Source: Alphaproteobacteria bacterium (GTDB taxonomy: Bacteria; Pseudomonadota; Alphaproteobacteria; GCA-2731375). Taken from it: a DNA stretch of 64,000 nucleotides. A program made the position numbers and the translations under genes. The DNA lies in the NCBI GenBank assembly GCA_965232515.1, contig CBDDPY010000002.1, positions 128,001 to 192,000 of the forward strand, read 5' to 3'. The first letter of the stretch is position 1; the number at the start of each line of letters is the position of its first letter. Positions 18,981 through 28,613 of the stretch are shown piece by piece. Under the pieces are notes generated by a model. The model saw nothing but the letters and a program-made list of their open reading frames with translations. It did not search any database and was not told the origin of the DNA.

Positions 18981-19696
18981 GCGGCCTCTCGGTACGCCGC
19001 GACGTCGAAGCTGCCGGTCGCCACGCGGTCACGGACGTCAGCGTCGTGGAAGATGCCGACAACAGCCGCCTGCCGCGCCCGGGCGTCGTTGATCAGCTCG
19101 ACCACCGCGTCGCGGTTGGCGGCGTCGAGCGATGCCGTCGGTTCGTCCAGCAGCAGGACCGGATAGTCGGCGACGAAGCTGCGGGCGATGTTCACGCGCT
19201 GCTGCTCGCCGCCCGAGAACGTCGCCGGCGGCAGCCGCCACAGGCGCTCGGGCACGTTGAGCCGGGACAGCAGGTCGGCCGCGCGGGTGCGTGCGAGGTC
19301 GGCGTCGACCGCGCGCATCAGCAGCGGCTCCATCACCAGGTCGATGGTCGGGATGCGCGGGATCACGTGCAGGAACTGGCTGACATAGCCCATCGTGCGG
19401 CGGCGGATGTCGAGCACGGTCCGGGGCTCGGCGCCGGTGACCGGCACCAGCTCGCCGTCATGGCGAACGAGGACGCGGCCGGTCCGCGGCAGGTAGTTGC
19501 CGTAGATGCAGCGCAGCAGGCTCGACTTGCCGGCGCCCGACGGGCCGGCCAGCACCAGGCATTCGCCGCCATGCACCGCCAGGTCCACGCCATTGAAGAC
19601 CGGCAGCTCGAGGCCGTCCTGCAGATGCAGCGTGAAAGCCTTCTGCAGGTCTTCGACGACCAGAAGCGGTTCGGACTGTTTCGACATATCGGTCAC
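18977..19696 (-). CDS. phnL: C-P lyase ATP-binding subunit
   Basis: KAFTLHLQ, GPSGAGKS, IYGNY, YVSQFL, PATFSGGEQQRVNIAR, GIFHD. Confidence 0.96.
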   Translation of the reverse strand: MTDMSKQSEPLLVVEDLQKAFTLHLQDGLELPVFNGVDLAVHGGECLVLAGPSGAGKSSLLRCIYGNYLPRTGRVLVRHDGELVPVTGAEPRTVLDIRRRTMGYVSQFLHVIPRIPTIDLVMEPLLMRAVDADLARTRAADLLSRLNVPERLWRLPPATFSGGEQQRVNIARSFVADYPVLLLDEPTASLDAANRDAVVELINDARARQAAVVGIFHDADVRDRVATGSFDVAAYREAA

Positions 19697-20469
19697 ACCG
19701 AGACGATGGAGGAGACGAGGAGCTGTGTATAGGGATGCTGAGGATCGTCCAACACCTGATCGGTCAGGCCCTGTTCGACCACCCGGCCGCGCTGCATCAC
19801 CATCAGCCGGTGCGAAAGCAGCCGCACCACGCCGAGGTCGTGCGTGACGATGACGCAGGCGACGCCCAGCTCGCGCACCAGACCGCGCAACAGGTCGAGC
19901 AGGCGGGCTTGCACCGAGACGTCGAGGCCGCCGGTCGGCTCGTCCATGAAGACCAGGCGCGGCTGCGTGACCAGATTGCGGGCGATCTGCAGACGCTGTT
20001 GCATGCCGCCCGAGAAGGTCGCCGGCAGGTCGTCGATGCGGCCGTCTTCCATCTCGACCCGGTCGAGCCAGTCGACGACGTCACGCCGGATGTTGCCGTA
20101 GTGCCGCGCGCCGACCGCCATAAGGCGTTCGCCGACATTGGCGCCGGCCGACAGGTTCATGCGCAGACCGTCGCGCGGATTCTGATGCACGAAGCCCCAG
20201 TCGGTGCGCATCAGCATGCGCCGCGCCGGCTCGGACATGGCCGCGAGATCGGCCATGCCGTCGACGCGGGTATTGTATTCGACGCGGCCGCCGGACAGGT
20301 CTAGATGCGCCGAGAGGCAATTCAACAGCGTCGTCTTGCCGGAGCCGGACTCGCCGACGATGCCCAGGATCTCGCCCGGCCAGAGGTCGAAGCTGACGTC
20401 CTCGCAGCCGATCCGGTCGCCGTAGAACTTCGAGACACCGGTGGCGCGCAGCAGCGGCTGTTCACTCAT
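19693..20469 (-). CDS. phnK: C-P lyase ATP-binding subunit
   Basis: GESGSGKTT, RTDWGFVHQNPRDGLRM, FSGGMQQRLQIARNL, DQVLDDPQHPYTQLLVSS. Confidence 0.96.
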   Translation of the reverse strand: MSEQPLLRATGVSKFYGDRIGCEDVSFDLWPGEILGIVGESGSGKTTLLNCLSAHLDLSGGRVEYNTRVDGMADLAAMSEPARRMLMRTDWGFVHQNPRDGLRMNLSAGANVGERLMAVGARHYGNIRRDVVDWLDRVEMEDGRIDDLPATFSGGMQQRLQIARNLVTQPRLVFMDEPTGGLDVSVQARLLDLLRGLVRELGVACVIVTHDLGVVRLLSHRLMVMQRGRVVEQGLTDQVLDDPQHPYTQLLVSSIVSV

Positions 20470-21368
20470 GCCGCATCTCCCTCTGCCCGCCGTTCGGCGC
20501 AGTATTCGGAATCCGAGCAGCAGAACATCCGGCCGCCCTCGTCGTCGATCACCACCTCGTCGAGGAAGGTGTCGGTCGCGCCGCAGAGCGCGCAGGGCTC
20601 GTCCCAGGTTTCGATGTCGAAGGGATAGTCATCGAAGTCGAGGCTTTTGACCGGCGTATGGGGCGGGATCGCGTAGATGCGCTTCTCGCGCCCTGCGCCG
20701 AACAACTGCAGGGCCGGATTCCGGTCCATCTTCGGATTATCGAACTTCGGGATCGGGCTCGGCGACATCACGTAGCGCTCGTTGACCAGGACCGGATAGT
20801 TGTAGCCCTTGGCGATACGGCCGTATTTGGCGATGTCCTCGTACAGGCTGACCTGCATGGTGCCGTACTCTTCGAGCGCATGCATCTTGCGGGTCTCGGT
20901 CTCGCGCGCCTCGATCCAGCGCAGCGGCTCCGGGATCGGCACCTGGTAAACCAGGATCTGGCCCTCGGCCAGCGGCGTCTCGGGCACACGGTGCCGGGTC
21001 TGAACGATCGTCGCCTCTTTCGTTCGCTCGGTGGTGTTGACGCCGGCGGTCTTGGCGAAGAAGCGCCGGATGTTGACGGCGTTCGTCGTGTCGTCGGCGC
21101 CCTGATCGATTACTTTCAACACATCGTCCGGTCCGATTACGCTCGCCGTCACCTGGATGCCGCCGGTGCCCCAGCCGTAGGGCAGGGGCATCTCGCGACT
21201 GCCGAACGGCACCTGATAGCCGGGGATCGCCACGGCCTTCAGGATCGCGCGGCGGATCATCCGCTTGGTCTGCTCGTCAAGGAAGGCGAAGTTATAGCCG
21301 TCGATTGTTGCAGTTCGGTGTTGCCCGTCATCGGCCGGCGTTGCCTCGTCTGTCACGGATTCGGTCAT
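20466..21368 (-). CDS. phnJ: C-P lyase catalytic radical-SAM subunit
   Basis: YNFAFLDEQTKRMIRRA, PYGWGTGG, C-terminal CxxC...CSDxxxC cysteines. Confidence 0.97.
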   Translation of the reverse strand: MTESVTDEATPADDGQHRTATIDGYNFAFLDEQTKRMIRRAILKAVAIPGYQVPFGSREMPLPYGWGTGGIQVTASVIGPDDVLKVIDQGADDTTNAVNIRRFFAKTAGVNTTERTKEATIVQTRHRVPETPLAEGQILVYQVPIPEPLRWIEARETETRKMHALEEYGTMQVSLYEDIAKYGRIAKGYNYPVLVNERYVMSPSPIPKFDNPKMDRNPALQLFGAGREKRIYAIPPHTPVKSLDFDDYPFDIETWDEPCALCGATDTFLDEVVIDDEGGRMFCCSDSEYCAERRAEGDAA

Positions 21369-22462
21369 TCCGCCGCCTCCTGGTGCGCTGCTCGGTTACG
21401 CTCGATCTGCTCGCGCATACGTCGGACGATCACCAGCTCGGACTGGAAATCGACGTAGTGCGGCAGCTTCAGGTGCTGCACGAAGCCGGAGGCCTCGACA
21501 TTGTCCGCGTGGTAGAGCACGAACTCCTGGTCCTGGCACGGCGCGTTGACGTCCTCGCCGAGCTCGTCGGCGCGCAGCGACCGGTCGACCAGCGACATGG
21601 CCATGGCCTTGCGCTCGCAATAGCCGAAGGTGAGGCCGTAGCCGCGCGTAAATTGCGGCGGCTGGGTTGCCGAGCCCTGGAACTGGTTGATCATGTGGCA
21701 CTCGGTGACGGTGATCTCGGCGATCTCGATGGCGAAGCCGAGCTCCTCCGGCACGAACTCGACCGCGACCTCTCCGACCCGGATCTCACCGGCAAACGGA
21801 TGCGTGTTGCCGAAGCCGCGCTGGTTCGAATAGCCGAGCGCGAGCAGAAATCCCTCGTCGCCGCGGGCGAGCGCCTGCAGGCGGGCGTCGCGGCCGGCCG
21901 GAAACTGGATCGAATCCCGTGTCAGGTCGGCCACCGGTTCGTCGTCGGCCGGCAGTTCCGGTTCCATCATGCCGTCGCGGTCCAGCAACTCGACCACGCG
22001 GGGCATCTCGTTGTCGATGACGTGGTCGCTGAGCTCGCCCTGCGGGCGCTCGCCGTCGGCGGCTAGCGTGAAGTCCAGCAGGCGATGGGTGTAATCGAAG
22101 CTGGCGCCCAGGATCTGGCCGCCGGGCAGGTCCTTGTAGGTGGCCGAAATGCGCCGCCGGATCGCCATCCGGCCCGTGTCGATGGGCTCGGAGGCGCCGA
22201 ACCGCGGCAACGTGGTGCGATAGGCGCGCAGCAGAAAGATCGCCTCGATCAGATCGCCGCGCGCCTGCTTGACGGCGAGCGCGGCCAGCTCGCGATCGTA
22301 GAGCGAACCCTCGGTCATGACCCGGTCGACCGCGAGCGACAGTTGCTCGTCGATCTGCTGCAACGACACTTCGTTGACGTGCCGGTCGCCCCGGCGTTCG
22401 TCGGCTAGCAGCCGCTGGGAATTCTCGATCGCCTTCTCACCGCCTTTGACTGCGACATACAT
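21365..22462 (-). CDS. phnI: C-P lyase complex subunit
   Basis: MYVAVKGGEKAI, KDLPGGQILG, HPFAGEIR, GFVQHLKLPHYVDFQ. Confidence 0.97.
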   Translation of the reverse strand: MYVAVKGGEKAIENSQRLLADERRGDRHVNEVSLQQIDEQLSLAVDRVMTEGSLYDRELAALAVKQARGDLIEAIFLLRAYRTTLPRFGASEPIDTGRMAIRRRISATYKDLPGGQILGASFDYTHRLLDFTLAADGERPQGELSDHVIDNEMPRVVELLDRDGMMEPELPADDEPVADLTRDSIQFPAGRDARLQALARGDEGFLLALGYSNQRGFGNTHPFAGEIRVGEVAVEFVPEELGFAIEIAEITVTECHMINQFQGSATQPPQFTRGYGLTFGYCERKAMAMSLVDRSLRADELGEDVNAPCQDQEFVLYHADNVEASGFVQHLKLPHYVDFQSELVIVRRMREQIERNRAAHQEAAE

Positions 22463-22466
22463 GGGC

Positions 22467-23063
22467 TCAGTTCCTCACGGTCGTTGTGCGCGGCAGGCAG
22501 CAAAGCTGTTGGCCGGCGGTGATGACGAGATCGACGCCGCGCGGAAACAAGGCATTGTTCCGTCGCCACGCCGTCGCGAAGCCGGTCGGCAGGCCATCGA
22601 TGCCGATGCGGGCTTGGTCCCGGATGCCGGGTCCGGACAGGCGCCAGCCGCCGTCCGCCGTCAGCCCGCCGGCCTGAAACAGCAGGGTGGTGGACGTGTC
22701 GGGATACTCGTCGCTGCCCTGCGCGAACGGCGGTAACGCCGGCAGGTCGCCGGCGATCACCGCGAAGCGGGCCACGCCCGGGTCATCGGTGATCGGGCAG
22801 CCGCAGTGGAAGCGCAGGAAATCCGCCGCCTGCGCCGCCGCCGGATCGAGCCAGACAGGCGTGTCGAAGTCCGCCAGCGCGAGGCAGACGGCCGTCGTCG
22901 CGGCGTTTAACGGAGCAGGCGGGTCGAGCGCGATATCGATCTCGCCGATCGTGCCGGGCTGCGCCATGGCCGCCAGCACGCAACGAAAGACCGATTGGGC
23001 GTCGAGCACCGGGTCGGTAAAGCCGGGTTCGATCCGGGATGCGTCGAGGGCTTGGGTCGGCAT
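22467..23063 (-). CDS. phnH: C-P lyase complex subunit
   Basis: PGFTDPVLDAQSVFR, FHCG, GSDEYPD, LSGPGI, FPRGVD. Confidence 0.95.
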   Translation of the reverse strand: MPTQALDASRIEPGFTDPVLDAQSVFRCVLAAMAQPGTIGEIDIALDPPAPLNAATTAVCLALADFDTPVWLDPAAAQAADFLRFHCGCPITDDPGVARFAVIAGDLPALPPFAQGSDEYPDTSTTLLFQAGGLTADGGWRLSGPGIRDQARIGIDGLPTGFATAWRRNNALFPRGVDLVITAGQQLCCLPRTTTVRN

Positions 23064-23065
23064 CG

Positions 23066-23521
23066 CTAGTCGTCCCCCCGCACCACGGTGAAAAAGTCGA
23101 CCTTGGTGGCGCCGGCCTTGACGGCGGCGGCCTGCCGGGCGTCGTCATGCATCTTGCACAGCGGCTCGACGACGCCGTCGCGCACGTCTTCGCGACAGTC
23201 CGGGTCCTGCATCATGGCGTCGACCACGGCCGACAGTTCGGCATGGCGTTTGTTGCGGCCGCTGACATAGCCGTGGCCCGTCATGCCGTTGTCGAGGCGG
23301 ACCGTGCAGCGGGTCACCGTCATCTCACCGAGGTTGAAGCGTATGCCGGTGCCGCCCGCGCGGCCGCGCACCATGACCATGCCGACCTCCGGCCGCCGCA
23401 AGGTCTGCCAGCCCGGCTTCTGCGGCAGGTTGTCCCAGAGGACTTCGAGATCCTTCGGCTGCGCCTTCGCCAGAACGGACATCCAGCGCTGCCGTTGGCT
23501 CTGCTCCATCGAAACTGTCAT
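23066..23521 (-). CDS. phnG: C-P lyase complex subunit
   Basis: RQRWMSVLAKA, PEVGMVMVRGRAGG, FNLGEMTVTRC, TKVDFFTVVRG. Start could be 23533, 23521 or 23509. Confidence 0.95.
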   Translation of the reverse strand: MTVSMEQSQRQRWMSVLAKAQPKDLEVLWDNLPQKPGWQTLRRPEVGMVMVRGRAGGTGIRFNLGEMTVTRCTVRLDNGMTGHGYVSGRNKRHAELSAVVDAMMQDPDCREDVRDGVVEPLCKMHDDARQAAAVKAGATKVDFFTVVRGDD

Positions 23522-23534
23522 CTCGGATTGCACT

Positions 23535-23565
23535 CCTAGACGAATTCATCTAAACATCTAGACAT
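23535..23565. promoter_or_regulatory. Putative PhnF operator (repeated CTARAC motif)
   Basis: cctagac...catctaaac-atctagacat: three related copies in the phnG-phnF divergent spacer. Confidence 0.5.
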
Positions 23566-23657
23566 CCATATGAATTGTGCTTAGAATAGTCGGAACGAGA
23601 TCGTCGTAAAGAGATTTCTTGTGAATTTTCCATGACGTGCAGGGATCGTCAGCCGAC

Positions 23658-24380
23658 ATGAACCTGGATCGCGGCAGCGGCGTCGCTTTGTGGCGCCAGA
23701 TCGAGCATGCGCTTGCGCAGGAGATCGCCGATGGCGTCTTCGCGCCCGGCAGCCGGTTGCCGACGGAGCCGCAACTGTCGAACCGGTTCGGCGTTAACCG
23801 GCACACATTGCGGCAGGCCCTCGTCGCGCTTGCCGACCGCGGCCTTATCCGGATCGAGCAGGGGCGCGGCACGTTCGTCCGCGAGGACGTCATCGACTAT
23901 GCCGTCGGGCCGCGCACGCGATTCTCGGAAATCGTCGGCCGGCAGGACCGGACCCCGGGCGGCGAGCTGATTGCGGTCGTCGAAGTGCCGGCGGATGCGA
24001 CGGTCGCAAAGGCGCTGGGCATCCGCAAGGGCGCGCCCTGCATCCGGATCGATTCGAAGGGCAATGCGGACGGCCAGATCCTGACGGTCGGCTCGCACTT
24101 CATCTCGACCGAACGCCTGCCCGGAATCGGCGATGCCTATCGCGAGACCGGATCGATGACCAAGGCATTGCGGAAATGTGGGATCTCCGACTACTCGCGC
24201 AAGACGACCCGGGTGACCGCCCGGATGCCCAGTGCCGATGATGCCACGCATCTGAAGCAGCCCGCCAACCGTCCGGTGCTGGTGGCGGAATGGCTGAACG
24301 TCGACAGCAACGGCAAACCGGTCGAGTACGGCATCACCCGGTTTGCCTCGGACCGCGTGCAAATCGTCTTCGAGACCTGA
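23658..24380 (+). CDS. phnF: GntR/HutC-family phosphonate regulator
   Basis: LWRQIE, LPTEPQLSNRFGVNRHTLRQA, QGRGTFV, UTRA domain ending RFASDRVQ; divergent from phnG. Confidence 0.95.
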   Translation: MNLDRGSGVALWRQIEHALAQEIADGVFAPGSRLPTEPQLSNRFGVNRHTLRQALVALADRGLIRIEQGRGTFVREDVIDYAVGPRTRFSEIVGRQDRTPGGELIAVVEVPADATVAKALGIRKGAPCIRIDSKGNADGQILTVGSHFISTERLPGIGDAYRETGSMTKALRKCGISDYSRKTTRVTARMPSADDATHLKQPANRPVLVAEWLNVDSNGKPVEYGITRFASDRVQIVFET

Positions 24381-24516
24381 GGTTTGGACGCCTGACCTGA
24401 CGCTTTGCCTTAACCGGTCTGGCCGGTGTAGGTTTCGGCCCGTTGCGCGACATCTAGGAAGGCCCGCGGCGTCAAGACGGGTCATCCGATCTGGGGGACT
24501 GGGGAGGTCACACCAA

Positions 24517-25812
24517 ATGGCTAAACTGCGCGCGTTGCCGCTGGCGGCGCTGCTGACGCTACTCGCGTCGCCGTCTCAGGCACAGGATCCGGCGTTCAGC
24601 GCCGGCGATACGGCCTGGATGCTGACATCGACGGTGCTGGTTCTGTTCATGACGCTGCCCGGCCTGGCGCTGTTCTACGCCGGCCTGGTGCGGGCGAACA
24701 ACGTGCTGTCGGTGTTGATGCACTGCTTCGCTCTGGCCTGCCTGATGTCGTTGCTGTGGCTGGTCATCGGCTACAGCCTGGCCTTCGACGACGGCGGCGG
24801 CATGCAGGCTTATATCGGCGGGCTGAGCCATATGTTCCTCGCCGGCATCGGCCCGGAGACGCTGTTCGGCAGCATCCCCGAGACCGTCTTCTTCATGTTT
24901 CAGATGACCTTTGCCGTCATCACGCCGGCGCTGATCGTCGGCGCTTATCCCGAGCGCATCCGCTTTCCGGCCGTGCTGCTGTTCAGCGCCATCTGGCTGC
25001 TGGTGGTGTATGTGCCCGTGACGCACTGGGTCTGGGGCGGCGGCTGGCTGGCCGACATGGGCGTGATGGACTTCGCCGGCGGCATCGTCGTGCACGTCAC
25101 CGCCGGCACTTCGGCGCTGGTGTTGGCCTGGGCGCTGGGCGGCCGGCGCGGCTTTCCCAAAGACCTGCAGCCGCCGCACAACCCGGGCATGACCATGATC
25201 GGCGCCTGCATGCTCTGGGTCGGCTGGTTCGGCTTCAATGCCGGCAGCGCGCTGGTCGCCGACGGCAATGCCGGCATGGCCATGACCGTGACCCACATTT
25301 CATCGGCCATGGGCGCCATGACCTGGGCGGCGGTCGAGTGGATCCGTTTCGGCAAGCCCAGTCTGATCGGCATCGTCACCGGCATGGTCGCCGGCCTGGC
25401 CTCGATCACGCCCGCTTCGGGCTTCGTCGGTCCGGTCGGTGCCCTGATCATCGGTTTCGCGGGTGGACTGATCTGCCAGTTCGCCGTTGGCTGGATCAAG
25501 AACGTGGTGAAGATCGACGACTCGCTCGACGTGTTCGCGGTGCACGGCGTCGGCGGCGCGCTCGGCACGCTGCTGACGGCGTTCCTGGCGACCGGCACGT
25601 TCGGCGGGCTGGGGCTGGCCGACGGCACCGGCATGGGCGGTCAGTTCATCGTCCAGCTTACCGGCGTGATCGCCGTGCTGGTTTGGTCGACCGTCGCGAG
25701 CTACGTCATCATCAAGGTGGTGTCGGCGATTTGCGGCCTGCGCGTCTCCGAGGAAGAGGAGCTCGAGGGCCTCGATCTCGTGGCGCATGGCGAGCGGGGC
25801 TACGATCTCTGA
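24517..25812 (+). CDS. amtB: Ammonium transporter
   Basis: DTAWML, PGLALFYAG, FQMTFA, DFAGGIVVH, WVGWFGFNAGS, DDSLDVFAVHG; both pore His residues present. Confidence 0.96.
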   Translation: MAKLRALPLAALLTLLASPSQAQDPAFSAGDTAWMLTSTVLVLFMTLPGLALFYAGLVRANNVLSVLMHCFALACLMSLLWLVIGYSLAFDDGGGMQAYIGGLSHMFLAGIGPETLFGSIPETVFFMFQMTFAVITPALIVGAYPERIRFPAVLLFSAIWLLVVYVPVTHWVWGGGWLADMGVMDFAGGIVVHVTAGTSALVLAWALGGRRGFPKDLQPPHNPGMTMIGACMLWVGWFGFNAGSALVADGNAGMAMTVTHISSAMGAMTWAAVEWIRFGKPSLIGIVTGMVAGLASITPASGFVGPVGALIIGFAGGLICQFAVGWIKNVVKIDDSLDVFAVHGVGGALGTLLTAFLATGTFGGLGLADGTGMGGQFIVQLTGVIAVLVWSTVASYVIIKVVSAICGLRVSEEEELEGLDLVAHGERGYDL

Positions 25813-25851
25813 TCGGATCGGTCCGGCATCGAGTATGAAAGGAATCTGGCG

Positions 25852-26190
25852 ATGAAAATGATCATGGCGGTGATCAAGCCGCACAAGCTGGAGGCGGTGC
25901 GCGACGCGCTCACCGGCCTCGGCGTCGAGGGGTTGACCGCAAGCGAGGTCAAAGGCTTCGGCCGGCAGGGTGGCCATACCGAGATCTATCGCGGCGCCGA
26001 ATACGCCATCAGCTTCGTGCCGAAGGTGAAGATCGAGATCGCGGTGACGGACGACCGCGTCGACGATGTCGTCGATGCCATCCGCAACGCCAGCCACACC
26101 GGCAAGATCGGCGACGGCAAGATCTTCGTCTACGACATGGGCCGCGCGGTTCGTATTCGCACCGGTGAAGAGGATACGGAAGCCCTCTAA
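25852..26190 (+). CDS. glnK: P-II nitrogen regulatory protein
   Basis: 112 aa; GFGRQ, T-loop EIYRGAEY, TGKIGDGKIF, RIRTGE; adjacent to amtB. Confidence 0.93.
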   Translation: MKMIMAVIKPHKLEAVRDALTGLGVEGLTASEVKGFGRQGGHTEIYRGAEYAISFVPKVKIEIAVTDDRVDDVVDAIRNASHTGKIGDGKIFVYDMGRAVRIRTGEEDTEAL

Positions 26191-26268
26191 CGCTTGCGGG
26201 TTGTTCGCGGCTCTGCAAAGCTTTCGCCGAGCCATTCCCATTCCGATCTGCCAGCCGGAGTTGCCGCA

Positions 26269-27462
26269 ATGTCGCATCTGCCCGCCAGCGAGGCGCTGTC
26301 CCGCTTCACCGTCGTCGATCTGACCCGCGTCCGTGCCGGGCCGACATGCGTGCGGCAGCTTGCCGACTGGGGCGCCGACGTGATCAAGGTCGAGATGCCG
26401 GCGGCCGTCGAGGGCGACGGCGCGCTGGGCGGACCTCGGCACGGCTCGGACTTCCAAAACCTGCACCGCAACAAGCGCTCGATCACGCTGAATCTGAAAG
26501 AGGACGCGGGTCGAGAAGCCTTGCTGCGGTTGCTGGAGAAGGCCGATGTGCTGGTCGAGAACTACCGTCCCGACGTGAAGCATCGCCTGGGCATCGACTA
26601 CGAGACCCTGAAGGAACGCTTCCCGCGGCTGATCTACGCCAGCATCTCCGGTTTCGGCCAGGACGGCCCCTATGCCAAGCGGCCCGGCTTCGACCAGATC
26701 GCGCAGGGCATGGGCGGCCTGATGTCGATCACCGGCGCGCCGGGCGAGGGGCCCATGCGGGTTGGCATTCCGGTCGCTGACCTGACCGCCGGCATCTTCG
26801 CGGCCACGGGCATCCTGGTGGCGTTGCTGGAACGCGAGGTCTCGGGCGAGGGGCAGTGGATCCAGACTTCTCTGTTGCAGGCGCAGACCTTCATGCTCGA
26901 CTTCCAGGCCTCGCGCTGGCTGGTGAAGGGCGAGGTGCCGAAGCAGGCCGGCAACGACCACCCGACCAGCATCCCTACCGGCGTGTTCGAGACCAGCGAC
27001 GGCCATATCAATATCGCCACCTCGGGGCAGCCCATGTGGCGGCGGCTGTGCGAAGCGCTGGACGCTGGCGACCTGGTCGACCATCCGGATTACGCGACCG
27101 GCGCCGACCGTTCGAAGAACCGGGTCGCACTCAACGCTGCGATCAGCGAACGCACCCGCACCGCGACCAGCAAGGAATGGGTCGACAAGCTGAACGCGGC
27201 GGGCGTGCCGACCGGGCCGATCAACAGCATCGATCAGGTCTTCGCCGACCCCCAGGTGCAGCATCTGGGCTTGGCGCAATCGGTCGAGTCGGCCGCGCTC
27301 GGCAAGATGGACCTGGTCGGCCAGCCGATCATCATGAGCCGGACGCCGAGCAGCCTGCGCCAGGCGCCGCCGGAGCGCGGCGAGCATACGGACGAGGTGC
27401 TGGGCACGCTCGGCTATTCGGCCGAGGAACTTGAGAACCTGCGGCAGCGGAACGTGATCTGA
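26269..27462 (+). CDS. Class III CoA-transferase (CaiB/BaiF)
   Basis: LADWGADVIKVE, HRNKRSITLNLK, ENYRP, SISGFGQDGP, PVADLTAG. Start set at ATG 26269. Confidence 0.93.
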   Translation: MSHLPASEALSRFTVVDLTRVRAGPTCVRQLADWGADVIKVEMPAAVEGDGALGGPRHGSDFQNLHRNKRSITLNLKEDAGREALLRLLEKADVLVENYRPDVKHRLGIDYETLKERFPRLIYASISGFGQDGPYAKRPGFDQIAQGMGGLMSITGAPGEGPMRVGIPVADLTAGIFAATGILVALLEREVSGEGQWIQTSLLQAQTFMLDFQASRWLVKGEVPKQAGNDHPTSIPTGVFETSDGHINIATSGQPMWRRLCEALDAGDLVDHPDYATGADRSKNRVALNAAISERTRTATSKEWVDKLNAAGVPTGPINSIDQVFADPQVQHLGLAQSVESAALGKMDLVGQPIIMSRTPSSLRQAPPERGEHTDEVLGTLGYSAEELENLRQRNVI

Positions 27463-27464
27463 CC

Positions 27465-28613
27465 GTGCGCGGCCAGGCGGTCATCAGCGGCGTCGGCGAC
27501 ACAGCCGTCGGCGAGCTCAAGGACAGTTCCTGCATGTCGCTGCACGCGCAGGCGGCGCGGGACGCGCTGACCGACGCCGGACTGCGTTTCGATGACATCG
27601 ACGGCGTGCTTTGCGCCTATTCCCTGGTCGAGCCGCATCCCATGCTGAGCTCGGTGTTCTGCGAATATGTCGGCATCCAGCCCGGCTTCAACGCGGTGGT
27701 GCAGGCCGGCGGGGCGTCGGCCGCGATCATGCTGGCGCAAGCAGCCGCTTTGGTCGCCGCCGGCCAGTGCCGGCACGTGCTGATCGTGTTGGGCGACAAC
27801 CGGCTGTCGGGCATGACGCGGGACAAGGCGGTCGCGGCGCTGGCCCAGTTCGGCCATGCCCAGTTCGAGCAGCCCTACGGCATCTCGATCCCGGCGGCCT
27901 ATGCGCTGGTGGCGCAGCGCTACATGCACGATTACGGCGTCACGTCCGAGCAACTCGCGGCGATCGCGGTGACGCACCGGGCCCATGCCTCGCGGCATCC
28001 GAACGCCCACATGCGCGAGCCGATCACGGTCGCCGACGTGATGGTGTCCCGCGTGATCTCGTCGCCGCTGCGGCTGCTGGATTGCTGTCCGATCTCCGAC
28101 GGCGCAGCGGCCATCATCGTCAGCACGCCCGAGTTCGATGCCGACAAGCCGAAGGTTGCGCTGCTGGGCTCGGGTCAGGGCCATACGCACGAGCATATCG
28201 TCGAGGCGCCGTCGCTGACCGATTTCGGCTGCAAGCAGGCCTCGAGACTGGCCTTCGAACAGGCCGGCGTGACATCAGCCGATATCGATGTGGCCGAGAT
28301 CTATGACTCCTTCACCATCACGCTGCTGGTCGAGCTGGAATCGATCGGCTTCTTCGAGCGCGGTGAGGCCGGCGCGGCGGCGGAGGCCGGCGAACTGACC
28401 TATGGCGGCCGGCTGCCTTGCAACACCCACGGTGGCCTGCTGTCCTATGGCCATTCCGGCGCCGCCGGCGGCATGTTCCATATCGTCGAGGCGGTTCGGC
28501 AATTGCGCGGCGAAGCCGGCGACCGGCAGGTCGAGGGCGCCGAACTCGCCTTCGCGCACGGCGACGGCGGCGTGCTGTCGGCGCACTGCTCGCTGATCCT
28601 GGGGCGGCTCTGA
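27465..28613 (+). CDS. SCP2-type thiolase-fold protein lacking the nucleophilic Cys (Ltp2-like aldolase candidate)
   Basis: Thiolase fold motifs LDCCPISDG, EIYDSFT, NTHGGLLSYGH, QLRGEAG; AGGASA where the catalytic Cys is expected. Confidence 0.85.
   Translation: MRGQAVISGVGDTAVGELKDSSCMSLHAQAARDALTDAGLRFDDIDGVLCAYSLVEPHPMLSSVFCEYVGIQPGFNAVVQAGGASAAIMLAQAAALVAAGQCRHVLIVLGDNRLSGMTRDKAVAALAQFGHAQFEQPYGISIPAAYALVAQRYMHDYGVTSEQLAAIAVTHRAHASRHPNAHMREPITVADVMVSRVISSPLRLLDCCPISDGAAAIIVSTPEFDADKPKVALLGSGQGHTHEHIVEAPSLTDFGCKQASRLAFEQAGVTSADIDVAEIYDSFTITLLVELESIGFFERGEAGAAAEAGELTYGGRLPCNTHGGLLSYGHSGAAGGMFHIVEAVRQLRGEAGDRQVEGAELAFAHGDGGVLSAHCSLILGRL

Noticed and set aside
23515-23521. CTGTCAT as a Pho box
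   Set aside because: Single half-site overlapping the probable phnG start; no second repeat at 11-bp spacing.
25300-27387. Long antisense ORFs (for example 695 aa here, 694 aa at 46437-48521, 529 aa at 51976-53565)
   Set aside because: Expected from high-GC codon bias opposite well-supported genes; no domain motifs.
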